Of a stretch of DNA of 41,699 nt, positions 33,881 to 41,699 are shown piece by piece. Numbering within the stretch: the first letter of the stretch is position 1; every line of letters starts with the position of its first letter. The translations under genes were made by a program, and so were the position numbers. This stretch comes from a virus (taxonomy: Duplodnaviria > Caudoviricetes): IMG/VR virus record IMGVR_UViG_3300034053_000030, positions 1 through 41,699 of that record. The stretch is one strand, 5' to 3'. The notes under the pieces were generated by a model. It was not told where the DNA came from. It did not search any database and worked only from the letters and a program-made list of their open reading frames with translations.

Positions 33881-35431
33881 TTATAGCTCCGCTGACAGGG
33901 CGATGTAGGAGTTTGACGAGTTCCCTTGCAACAGTATTGGGCGGCCGACCGTCATCCCAGAAGTAGTTACGGCCAGCAAAAACGTATCAACATCACTCAA
34001 CCCAGTGATGTTGACGGCGGACACTGCCGCTGCCGCTGTCGCGTCATAAGTTTTGAGACTATTCCAGGTAAGCGTGGGTCCAGCGCGCATCCGGACGGGT
34101 ACTGAAAACGCTACTGCGGCATTATTCGCTACGTCGCAAAGACCGACGGCGTAGGATCCGGTATTGTTACCCACCGCAGACCTGTAGTAATACCGCTGAC
34201 ACAACGCCAACTCAACCCCAATCGGCCGATGCTCGAACGGAGTGGCTACTGAACCCGCTTCAAGCTGAATGTTCGCGACAGTCCCAGGCCCGAATTCAAT
34301 GGTCGTATTCGTTCCACCAGTGATTGATCCGGTAACTCCAGAAGCAGAGAGCGCACCCGCTCCGATCTTGCCTTGTGCAGTCCCCTCCCAAGATAGAATA
34401 TAGGTTCCAGTCTGTAGGTTCAAACCTTCAATAACTTGCTGTAGCACCTTGCCCGATGGAATAGTGACGGTCGTTTTGTTATTAACCGTGCTGAATGTGT
34501 AGGTGTCGGCGCTTGCGGCCATCTTCCATCGGTCATGACCGTAGAGTCCGGCACCAACAGCAGCGCCAGCGACATATACGCGCTGATTAATAGCGAAGTT
34601 GCCGTTAATAATCTTGTTGCGGTGCGAGAACTGCGAGCCATCCGGCCCGCTTCTGGCCTCGATAACGTTGGTTGCTGCGGCAAGTGTCTTGTTCGTCAGC
34701 GTTGCGGTATCCCCAGCGCCAATCGCCCCAAGCGCCGTGCGTGCTGCCGATGCCGAAGTGCTGCCCGTGCCACCGCTGGCCACAGGGATCGGATAAGCGA
34801 TTGACGCGGCCGACGCTGCTGATGCTGCGGCCGAGTTAGCTGCATTGACTGCGCTAGACGACGCCGCCGAGGCTTGAGTCGTTGCGATCCCCGCCGAAGT
34901 GGCCGCGCTGCTGGCTTGCGTCGTTGCCGTGCCTGCCGACGAGGATGCCGAGGATGCCGAGGCCGCTGCGTTAGTCTCCGATACCAAGGCATTTGCCGCA
35001 CTGACCTGTGCCGCCGCTGCGGCTTGTGCCGCGTCCGCCCCGGCGGTGAAACCAAATTGTTTCCAGTATTGGCCATCGAACGCCCCGCCAGAGGTATGCG
35101 CGATCGAACAGACATACGTGTAAGCGCCTTCGCTAGCGATGTCTTTGACGGCATAGGCCGTTGCCGGTGCCCACAAGCCACGAAGCGCGAAGCCGCCCAT
35201 CAGATTAAGCACTTCCGGCGAAATTGTATGGATCTCGACCGTCAAATCCCCCAAACGGCCATCATCGCGCTGAATCAGTTCAAGGTTGCCGCACAGTTCG
35301 TCAAGGGTAGTTTCGATATTGACCAGCTCCGCATCAAGCGCAGCGGTATTGACCGTTGATCGCCCAGACGCGTTATTTGCCTCCTGTTGTGAGAAGTCGG
35401 TGGTCGGCGTGTATGGTGTCGGCTGTGACAT
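33881..35431 (-). CDS. tail fibre protein
   Basis: N-terminal virion anchor, Ala/Ser-rich stalk, RNKIINGNF..QR and ELALCQRYY fibre motifs. Confidence 0.85.
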   Translation of the reverse strand: MSQPTPYTPTTDFSQQEANNASGRSTVNTAALDAELVNIETTLDELCGNLELIQRDDGRLGDLTVEIHTISPEVLNLMGGFALRGLWAPATAYAVKDIASEGAYTYVCSIAHTSGGAFDGQYWKQFGFTAGADAAQAAAAAQVSAANALVSETNAAASASSASSSAGTATTQASSAATSAGIATTQASAASSSAVNAANSAAASAASAASIAYPIPVASGGTGSTSASAARTALGAIGAGDTATLTNKTLAAATNVIEARSGPDGSQFSHRNKIINGNFAINQRVYVAGAAVGAGLYGHDRWKMAASADTYTFSTVNNKTTVTIPSGKVLQQVIEGLNLQTGTYILSWEGTAQGKIGAGALSASGVTGSITGGTNTTIEFGPGTVANIQLEAGSVATPFEHRPIGVELALCQRYYYRSAVGNNTGSYAVGLCDVANNAAVAFSVPVRMRAGPTLTWNSLKTYDATAAAAVSAVNITGLSDVDTFLLAVTTSGMTVGRPILLQGNSSNSYIALSAEL

Positions 35432-35512
35432 TTTCAGGAACCCTCTATGGAATATTTGTTGCGCGGTTTTGCAACCATCTGCGGACTGGCGCTGTGGTGG
35501 TATCTCATTGCT

Positions 35513-37597
35513 TCAGTTCCCTACACTCGTTCCCGTAAATCCGGCCGTTCCTGCGGCCCCACTCCCCAGAGCGCGGGCGAGGAATTCAAGCTGTTTTGGT
35601 GTCAGGCTATTAACCGACTTCGATGGCACAGACGCATTGACCGCCGACCGGACAGCGGCATCGTTTTTAACGACATTGGCCGCCGATCGGGCAATCGGAA
35701 CGCCCCATGTACCTACGACGGGGAGACGTTCGAGCGCATTGACGGCGCGCCCGGCCCAGACCATGTTGGGGTTTCCGAGAACGGGCGCGGCGGTCGGCGT
35801 TGATCCGATATACGCCCCCACCCGTGCAATCTGTCCGATCTTCTCCACCTCGCCAGGTGAAAAGAAGGCGCTCAGTTTTGACCGGCCAATGTCTCTTAAC
35901 GCCTTGGCGAATCTTTCCGGGGCCAGTGCTTTATCGCCGGCCAAGTTTTCACCGAAGGCCGCCCGCATGAGCCGAGACCCTAATTGCGCACGGGCTTGCT
36001 CGAATGCTTCCGGGTCGGTCTGCTTCAGCAGTTTTGCAAGGCCGATCACCTGATCAGTTTGGCCATTGACGACATAACGATTGACGAACTGATCGGCATT
36101 CGCCCCGCCTTGCGATGCAGCCTCAAGCGCCGGCACGGCCTCGTGCAGTTTGAAGCGTTTGGCCGCCGCCGCGACAGCCGGCGCAAAAGGCCCGCCGGTT
36201 GAGTCAGCCGCCAATACGGCGTTTTTTACCGCGCCGCGAAGCTGCGTCAATGCGGCATTCGTCGCCGGGTCGTTTCCTACGTTGTCATTGATAACTTTTA
36301 GCAAATCATCGGCGGCTTCTATCGTGAAAACCTTCTTTTGATTCGATGGCGACATGGGATTGAGCCCCAAGGCGTCTAGGTTATTTCTAACGCCACTAGG
36401 CACTTTATCGCCAAAGTTTTGCAGCACCTTCGCGTAATCTTGTGCCAGCCCTTGCAGAGGAACGTCGAGGTCTTTTCCGGCAGATTCTCTCGCGGACTTA
36501 TAAAGCCCGGAGACTCCCGCCCGAAGCGATTCGTCGGTGTTTTTCAGGCTGCCGACAAGTTGCGATCCTGCGCCGTAGGCATCGGACGCGCGATCATCGC
36601 CGTACCCACGTACCAACGATTGCAACTGGCGTAATTGTTCATCGAATCGATTGAGCAACGGTGCACCTTGGTTCGGCACTGCCCGCAAATTGCGCTCCGT
36701 GGCGAACTGCGTCGGATCGCGGGTAATTTGCCCTTGTGTCGGCTTAATGCCGAGGGCGTCAAAGTCCTTAAGTCGCAACAAGGCCGAGGCGTCAAGTTCC
36801 TTGCCCTGTTTCAGCGAAGCAAGCGCTTGTTGCCGAATTTCGTCAAGGTAGCCAGGCGGTAGGCTATCCGGCGATACGCCGGTTTCTGCCAGTACTTTTT
36901 TTACCGCCTCATCAGCAGCGAGCGAAGCTCTCGCCCCGGCAATCTCGGGGTTTTGCGTAGCCCGTGCAAAACGATTAGTGATTTTATCCGCCACTTTACC
37001 AACGACTGGCGTCAGCACCCCTCCGCCTACGGCGCCGGCGCCGGCCTGCATCAGTTTTTCAGCAGTGAAGCTTTCGTCTGCCCCAACCACTGGCGCTAAT
37101 GCCGCTCCGACAGCCCCCGCCCGTGCGCCTTGAAGGGCTCTTCCGCCTGTGGTTACGGCCTTGACCGGGACCGCCGCGCCAACTGCGAGATTGGCTGGAG
37201 AAATGATATTGCCGACCAGTCTGGCCACATCGAAACCATCACGGCCTTGCCCTTGGCGTGCCGCTTCGTAATCGGCGCTTTTCTGGTCAATTGCCTGATT
37301 GATCGTCGATGACTGGCCGAGCGTGGCAAGCTGCGCCGCGCCAACAACCGGATCGGCCGCGCCCATCGCTGCGCCATGTATCGCAGATCCTTTGCCGAGA
37401 TTGACGCCAGCCACCGAAGGATTCGATAACCAGTCTTGCGCGACTTTCGGCAGCGACTGCACGAGCTTTTCGCCGAAGCTGAGTTCCTGAGTCTCTGCGA
37501 CTGGCTTCCGGGCCACTGGCGGCGCGTCGAACTGGTCAAACGGGTTGGCACCGGTTGGCTTTGCCGGCGCGTCAAACTGGTCGAAGGGGTTGGCCAT
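35513..37597 (-). CDS. DNA ejection / internal virion protein
   Basis: Start MANPFDQFD (motif repeated twice), Gly/Ala-rich hydrophobic helices. Confidence 0.7.
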   Translation of the reverse strand: MANPFDQFDAPAKPTGANPFDQFDAPPVARKPVAETQELSFGEKLVQSLPKVAQDWLSNPSVAGVNLGKGSAIHGAAMGAADPVVGAAQLATLGQSSTINQAIDQKSADYEAARQGQGRDGFDVARLVGNIISPANLAVGAAVPVKAVTTGGRALQGARAGAVGAALAPVVGADESFTAEKLMQAGAGAVGGGVLTPVVGKVADKITNRFARATQNPEIAGARASLAADEAVKKVLAETGVSPDSLPPGYLDEIRQQALASLKQGKELDASALLRLKDFDALGIKPTQGQITRDPTQFATERNLRAVPNQGAPLLNRFDEQLRQLQSLVRGYGDDRASDAYGAGSQLVGSLKNTDESLRAGVSGLYKSARESAGKDLDVPLQGLAQDYAKVLQNFGDKVPSGVRNNLDALGLNPMSPSNQKKVFTIEAADDLLKVINDNVGNDPATNAALTQLRGAVKNAVLAADSTGGPFAPAVAAAAKRFKLHEAVPALEAASQGGANADQFVNRYVVNGQTDQVIGLAKLLKQTDPEAFEQARAQLGSRLMRAAFGENLAGDKALAPERFAKALRDIGRSKLSAFFSPGEVEKIGQIARVGAYIGSTPTAAPVLGNPNMVWAGRAVNALERLPVVGTWGVPIARSAANVVKNDAAVRSAVNASVPSKSVNSLTPKQLEFLARALGSGAAGTAGFTGTSVGN

Positions 37598-37598
37598 A

Positions 37599-38993
37599 TC
37601 AGCGCCCCTTCCCGAGCGCGGCGTCGGTGGCGGCCTTGCCATACTTGGCCGCGAAGGCACCGGCTAGGTTCGGATTGGCTTTCAGCATCGCAATCGCTTC
37701 GGAAGGCGGCGCTGCGGGTGCGTCAGATGGCTTTCTGTCGGGCACGTGGTAGCCGCTGGTCAGGTAGGAGCCATCCCGAAGCGCTTTTGCTTTCTCTTTA
37801 TTCACATTGACACGGCGTTCAGCCAGTGAAATGGCCCGGTCAAGAATCAACTTTCTCTGCTGCGGCGTTTTATCCGCCGACGCTTGAAGATCCATCAAGA
37901 TTTTGCGCTCGCCTTCCGTTGGCGCCCCGCCAAAGGTTGCTTTCAGTTGCTCTAGCGCCTGTCCGGTCATCAGATTATCGAGGTTTACCGTGGCATCGGC
38001 TGCGGGGTCGGTTCCGGGTAAATTGCTGCGGATCACGGCGCGCGTTTTGGCACCAAATCCAGAATATGCTTCGCTGTTCAGCCGGGTTGCCTCTTTCAGC
38101 ATGGCAATCGCGTTTTGTCCTGCCGCCGTCAAGTCGTCAGCTTCGAACGTCTCTTTCTGCTCGGTGGAACTCATCTTGCCGCGCGGCGCTACGGCCACCG
38201 GCTCACCATCCGGCCCGATCACGTATTGCGGCTGTCCGACCTTGCTGCGCTTCAGTGCCGCATCAGCCCGGTTAGCATCGGCCGAAGCGTATTGATTCGC
38301 GGCCTGTGCGGTGTTTTCCTTGGCGGCGGTGCGGCCGATTTCGTTCAACATCTCGGCCCCGGTAAAGTTCTGCATCACGCCGCCGGCCGTGTTGTTGTAA
38401 AGCGGCTTCCCTTCGCTGGCAGCCATTACGGCGCCAAGGTTCGGGATGGTGTCAGGGTTGGCCATTGCCGTATCAATCCGCCCCTGTCCCAAAAGCTTGG
38501 CAATCGCGTTCGCAGTGTCGTCGGCCTTGCTGTCGCCGGTCCCGCTAAGGTTCAGCAGGTGCCCGGTCCGCCCGGCGTTGAATCGCTGCATGGCCTGCGG
38601 CGTTGCCCATTCCGGCGTAGCCATCGGCAGTTCCGGTCGCGGTGCGTCGCCTTCCTGCATCGTGACAAATTCAGGGGTCGATCCCCAGTCGCCGCGCTGC
38701 AAGAAGCTTTCAACTGCCTTGGCTTGCGGATCGGTGAAGCCGGCCAGCCCCTGCGCGATCTTGCTGCCGAATTCTGGCGTATGAAACTGTGATCGGCGGC
38801 GCAATTCTTCGGCCTGTGCCGCGCGAAGCCCTGCCGTGGCCTGGCTCGATTCTGCGTCTGCTCTCAGCTTTGCCTGTTCGGCGAGCGCCTTGCTCATCTT
38901 GCTCTGGCCCTCTTCAAACGACGCCTGCCCGCCGCCGAGTTGCCTTCCAGCGTTGGCCCATGCTCCGGCAACATCCATGATTTCGCGCGCCAT
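37599..38993 (-). CDS. DNA ejection / internal virion protein
   Basis: Start MAREIMD after AAAGGG; FGGAPTEGERKIL motif. Confidence 0.65.
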   Translation of the reverse strand: MAREIMDVAGAWANAGRQLGGGQASFEEGQSKMSKALAEQAKLRADAESSQATAGLRAAQAEELRRRSQFHTPEFGSKIAQGLAGFTDPQAKAVESFLQRGDWGSTPEFVTMQEGDAPRPELPMATPEWATPQAMQRFNAGRTGHLLNLSGTGDSKADDTANAIAKLLGQGRIDTAMANPDTIPNLGAVMAASEGKPLYNNTAGGVMQNFTGAEMLNEIGRTAAKENTAQAANQYASADANRADAALKRSKVGQPQYVIGPDGEPVAVAPRGKMSSTEQKETFEADDLTAAGQNAIAMLKEATRLNSEAYSGFGAKTRAVIRSNLPGTDPAADATVNLDNLMTGQALEQLKATFGGAPTEGERKILMDLQASADKTPQQRKLILDRAISLAERRVNVNKEKAKALRDGSYLTSGYHVPDRKPSDAPAAPPSEAIAMLKANPNLAGAFAAKYGKAATDAALGKGR

Positions 38994-39003
38994 GATTTTC
39001 CCT

Positions 39004-39675
39004 TTACTGTTCCCAAGCGAAACCGCCGCCGCCTTGATAGCCCTGCCCCGGCTGGAAGTTGCCATTACCTTGAGTGGTTCGGCCATTCCGGGCCGCATAC
39101 GCAGACCCCAAGCCCTGAGCCAGCCCCCCAAGCGCCATTTGATTGTTATCCGGCATGCCTGCGGCGTTGATCCCGACGCCGGCCGCGTTCATCGATCCGC
39201 CTGCGTTGCGACCAATCGTTCCGAGTTGAGAGGCGTAATCCGCATTGATCAGGCCCTCTTCTGTCATCATGTCGTTAGCCCCCCGCACCCGGCCCATCGC
39301 CCGCGCCATATCCAGCGAGGTCTGTAGCTGGTCCGCTTGCGACTTGGCCGATGCGGTGCTGAAGGCTTCGGACAATCGGCCGCTAGCCTGTTCCGGCGCA
39401 GTGACCTTTTCGCGCGATTGAGTTAGCTGCTGTGCAAGCGACTCCCCGGCGTCCTGTCGGGCGGTGTCGAATCGCTGCGCACGGGCTTCCGGCGCGTATT
39501 CCTGCGCGTTCAGCATCGCGGTGTCTTCGGCCTTTTTGCTAAAGCTGTCTGACTGTTCCAGCGCGGCATTCATCGCCGCTTGTTGTCGGTCGGCGGCATC
39601 ATTAGCAGCTTCGTTTTGCACGTAGGTTCCGCCGGCCATTAGGGCTAAACCGGCAACTTCTGCTCCTGTACACAT
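39004..39675 (-). CDS. DNA ejection / internal virion protein
   Basis: MC-start Ala/Gln-rich protein typical of podovirus ejection proteins. Confidence 0.65.
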   Translation of the reverse strand: MCTGAEVAGLALMAGGTYVQNEAANDAADRQQAAMNAALEQSDSFSKKAEDTAMLNAQEYAPEARAQRFDTARQDAGESLAQQLTQSREKVTAPEQASGRLSEAFSTASAKSQADQLQTSLDMARAMGRVRGANDMMTEEGLINADYASQLGTIGRNAGGSMNAAGVGINAAGMPDNNQMALGGLAQGLGSAYAARNGRTTQGNGNFQPGQGYQGGGGFAWEQ

Positions 39676-39680
39676 ATCGA

Positions 39681-40541
39681 TTACCTCGTCACGTTGCCGC
39701 TGTAGCTGGTGTTATTCGGATAGACGTTGCCGAACTGATCTTTTTTCGCTTGCTCGGCCCCGGCGTTAAATTGCTGCTGGTTATAGCCGCCAACCAGATC
39801 GGAAAACACGTTCGACATTCGCGAACTCATTGCGCTATCTCGCGATTGGTCCGCGTTGGTTTTCAGTTGATTCAGTGCCGACTGCTGTGCCGAGCCTTGA
39901 TCCATGCCGGCGACGATTTTGCTAATCAGCCCCAAGCGTGTCTGTTCGTCGTTGCTGCGGACGGCCGTCATAGCCGAGTCAGCACGATTGCCCACATCAA
40001 GCAGGCCGCGATCAAGGCGCGTCTGAAACTCGCGCCCCAAGTCGATTGCCTGCGATGAGCCGCCCGTCCCTGCTCTTGCGGTGGCAAACTTCATGTCGCG
40101 CGCCGCCTTGGACTTGTCCTCTTCCAGTTGCTTCGAGAAGAAGTTGCCCACATCGCTGCGAACGGTGCCATACATGGCCTCACGCGCCGCTCTTGCTTCT
40201 TCGGCGGCCTGTGCCGCTGCTTGCGTCTTGGCGTCGTTAATAACGAAATCGCGGGTGGTCCTGATATCCCCGCCGCTCGTTGAGCCTGAGTCTGTCACGG
40301 TGCTGTTGTTATCTTGAATTGTGGTAAGCACCTCGTCATAGACAGGGCCGCCGCTGACGCCAAACAGACGATTTACCGCGTCCGTTCCCGCCGCAATCCG
40401 GCGTTGCCGCTCTGCCTCGCGCTCTGCCGCCCCACCATCACCACCGCCCCCGCCACCGCCACCGCAGCGGCGATCAAGTCGGGTCGGCAGTTGCGGGCAA
40501 ATCGGCTCGCCGAGAAATTCCAATCGTTTGCGCGAGATCAT
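39681..40541 (-). CDS. DNA ejection / internal virion protein
   Basis: poly-Gly N-terminal linker, ARAGTGGSS, helical. Confidence 0.6.
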   Translation of the reverse strand: MISRKRLEFLGEPICPQLPTRLDRRCGGGGGGGGDGGAAEREAERQRRIAAGTDAVNRLFGVSGGPVYDEVLTTIQDNNSTVTDSGSTSGGDIRTTRDFVINDAKTQAAAQAAEEARAAREAMYGTVRSDVGNFFSKQLEEDKSKAARDMKFATARAGTGGSSQAIDLGREFQTRLDRGLLDVGNRADSAMTAVRSNDEQTRLGLISKIVAGMDQGSAQQSALNQLKTNADQSRDSAMSSRMSNVFSDLVGGYNQQQFNAGAEQAKKDQFGNVYPNNTSYSGNVTR

Positions 40542-40993
40542 TGCCCGCCTCCTTCTACGTTCATGACAAAAATCGAACCGGCCCGCACAAAACCCAGGCC
40601 GGTATAAAGTCGTTCTGCGCCTTCGTGTCCGGTACTAACACCGGGGCGAATTTGCTTTGCGCCGCAGGCTTTAGCCCATGCAACAAACGCCCTGACAAAG
40701 CGCGCCGCAATCATTCCGCCGCGTGACTCCGGGCGGACAAAAAGCCCCATGTCGTTAGCCACCGTGTCCTTACCGAAATAACTCGGGTAGATGATCCCCA
40801 GCATGGCGGCGACAACCTCCCCCTTGTCTTCCGCCAAAACAACGAATTGAGCCTCGTTAATCAGCCGATGAAGGGTTGCCGTCAGCACTTCGCCATCGAA
40901 GTCCATCGGGGCGTAGTTGGATTCGTGGTGCATCGATCGCGCCAATGCGACAAGGGCGGGAATGTCGGCTGCCTTGGCTTGGCGGGGCGTCAT
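40538..40993 (-). CDS. GNAT acetyltransferase
   Basis: RQAKAADIPAL; LFVRPESRGG; AERLYTGLGF. Confidence 0.85.
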   Translation of the reverse strand: MTPRQAKAADIPALVALARSMHHESNYAPMDFDGEVLTATLHRLINEAQFVVLAEDKGEVVAAMLGIIYPSYFGKDTVANDMGLFVRPESRGGMIAARFVRAFVAWAKACGAKQIRPGVSTGHEGAERLYTGLGFVRAGSIFVMNVEGGGQ

Positions 40994-41699
40994 TTGCGCG
41001 CTACCCACTCACCCGGCGCCCAAGGCTCTAAACCTGTCGGGACGCCGTTACGTTCAAGGATGCGCGGCATGGCGTCATCGAAAACGACAAAGTTAGACGA
41101 GCCTTTACCGGCGCCGCGTGATCCGCCGTCTAGGTAGCGGATACCGGGAAGTCCTATCTGCTGCAATTGGTTCGTAACCTCGGCGCGGGCTTTTTCGCCC
41201 ATACCAGGGGTGCCCTCAAATACGGCGCTGTAGAAGTCTTTGCCCGTTGGGTCTTTGTATTGCCCGCCGACAACATCGGGCGACAAGTATTCAGCATTCT
41301 TCGCTGTGAATTGCTGCCATGCCGCCTGCACTTCCGGCGCCTGCTGACTCAGCGGCTTGTCCCAATCCAGAAAGCGGGCTACTGCTTCGTCGGGGATGTC
41401 GGTTTTGTAGAGTTGGCCGTTCTTCGATGCAGCGAGGTTATTATTAACCGCAGTCAGAAAGTCCCTACGGTCTGCGGTTGAAAGTTCGCCCGCATCAGTC
41501 AGCGCCCGAAAATCACGGCGCGCAGCTAACAGCGTTTCCGGTACATCATTTGGAAGGTTCTGGTAAGCCTGCGTCAGATCAACATTACCAACCGGCTTAG
41601 TTGCTTTTGCCGCGCTCAATGCCCCCGCGTACTCTTGCGCCACTGCTGGAGCCTCAGCCAAATACAACCCATGCCCGTAAGCCTGAGCCCCCTCGCCCG
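40990..41699 (-). CDS. 3' part of origin-spanning ART-like protein (starts at 599)
   Basis: GQLYKTDIPD..LDWDKPLSQQ; GLPGIRYLDGGSR..NFVVFD. Confidence 0.75.
   Translation of the reverse strand, partial: GEGAQAYGHGLYLAEAPAVAQEYAGALSAAKATKPVGNVDLTQAYQNLPNDVPETLLAARRDFRALTDAGELSTADRRDFLTAVNNNLAASKNGQLYKTDIPDEAVARFLDWDKPLSQQAPEVQAAWQQFTAKNAEYLSPDVVGGQYKDPTGKDFYSAVFEGTPGMGEKARAEVTNQLQQIGLPGIRYLDGGSRGAGKGSSNFVVFDDAMPRILERNGVPTGLEPWAPGEWVARK
41573..41699. repeat. 127-bp terminal direct repeat, right copy
   Basis: identical to 1-127. Confidence 0.95.

Noticed and set aside
34810-35040. Repetitive GC-rich tract in the tail fibre gene
   Set aside because: Ordinary Ala/Ser-rich fibre stalk coding sequence
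33881-35431. Diversity-generating retroelement targeting the tail fibre
   Set aside because: No reverse transcriptase ORF and no TR/VR repeat pair seen
41573-41699. 127-bp terminal repeat as a biological DTR
   Set aside because: Length equals a common assembly k-mer and it falls mid-ORF; best explained as circular overlap

Overview
Complete circularly assembled ~41,572-bp tailed dsDNA phage genome; positions 1-127 are identical to 41573-41699, most likely an assembly overlap. It has podovirus-type organisation. Packaging and head genes (TerS, TerL, portal, scaffold, capsid), adaptor/nozzle, ejection proteins, tail fibre and lysis genes are on the minus strand. Two divergent early operons start from a back-to-back promoter region at ~25,440-25,530. 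The leftward operon carries Cro-like, NinB, NinG, a radical-SAM/GNAT/DNA-methyltransferase fusion, HNH, a replication initiator with iterons, SF2 helicase and primase. The rightward operon carries small genes, HNH, a Rad52-like annealase, Gp157 and a radical SAM protein. No integrase or CI repressor was recognised. The main finding is that each early operon ends in a miniature integron-like cassette array. Each array has an attI-like site (two paralogous 120-bp elements, ~68% identical without gaps, at 14396-14515 + and 31839-31958 -) followed by two gene cassettes closed by canonical attC sites. All four cassette genes are inverted relative to attC and there is no intI in the genome. This suggests the phage borrows a host integron integrase to capture or shuffle genes. 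Also found: three C4-antisense-like structured RNA leaders with co-varying 7-nt pairing codes, a repeated structured leader upstream of the capsid gene, a candidate late-promoter motif, and an origin-spanning ADP-ribosyltransferase-like gene among the ejection genes. All protein calls rest on motifs and synteny read by eye; no searches were run.
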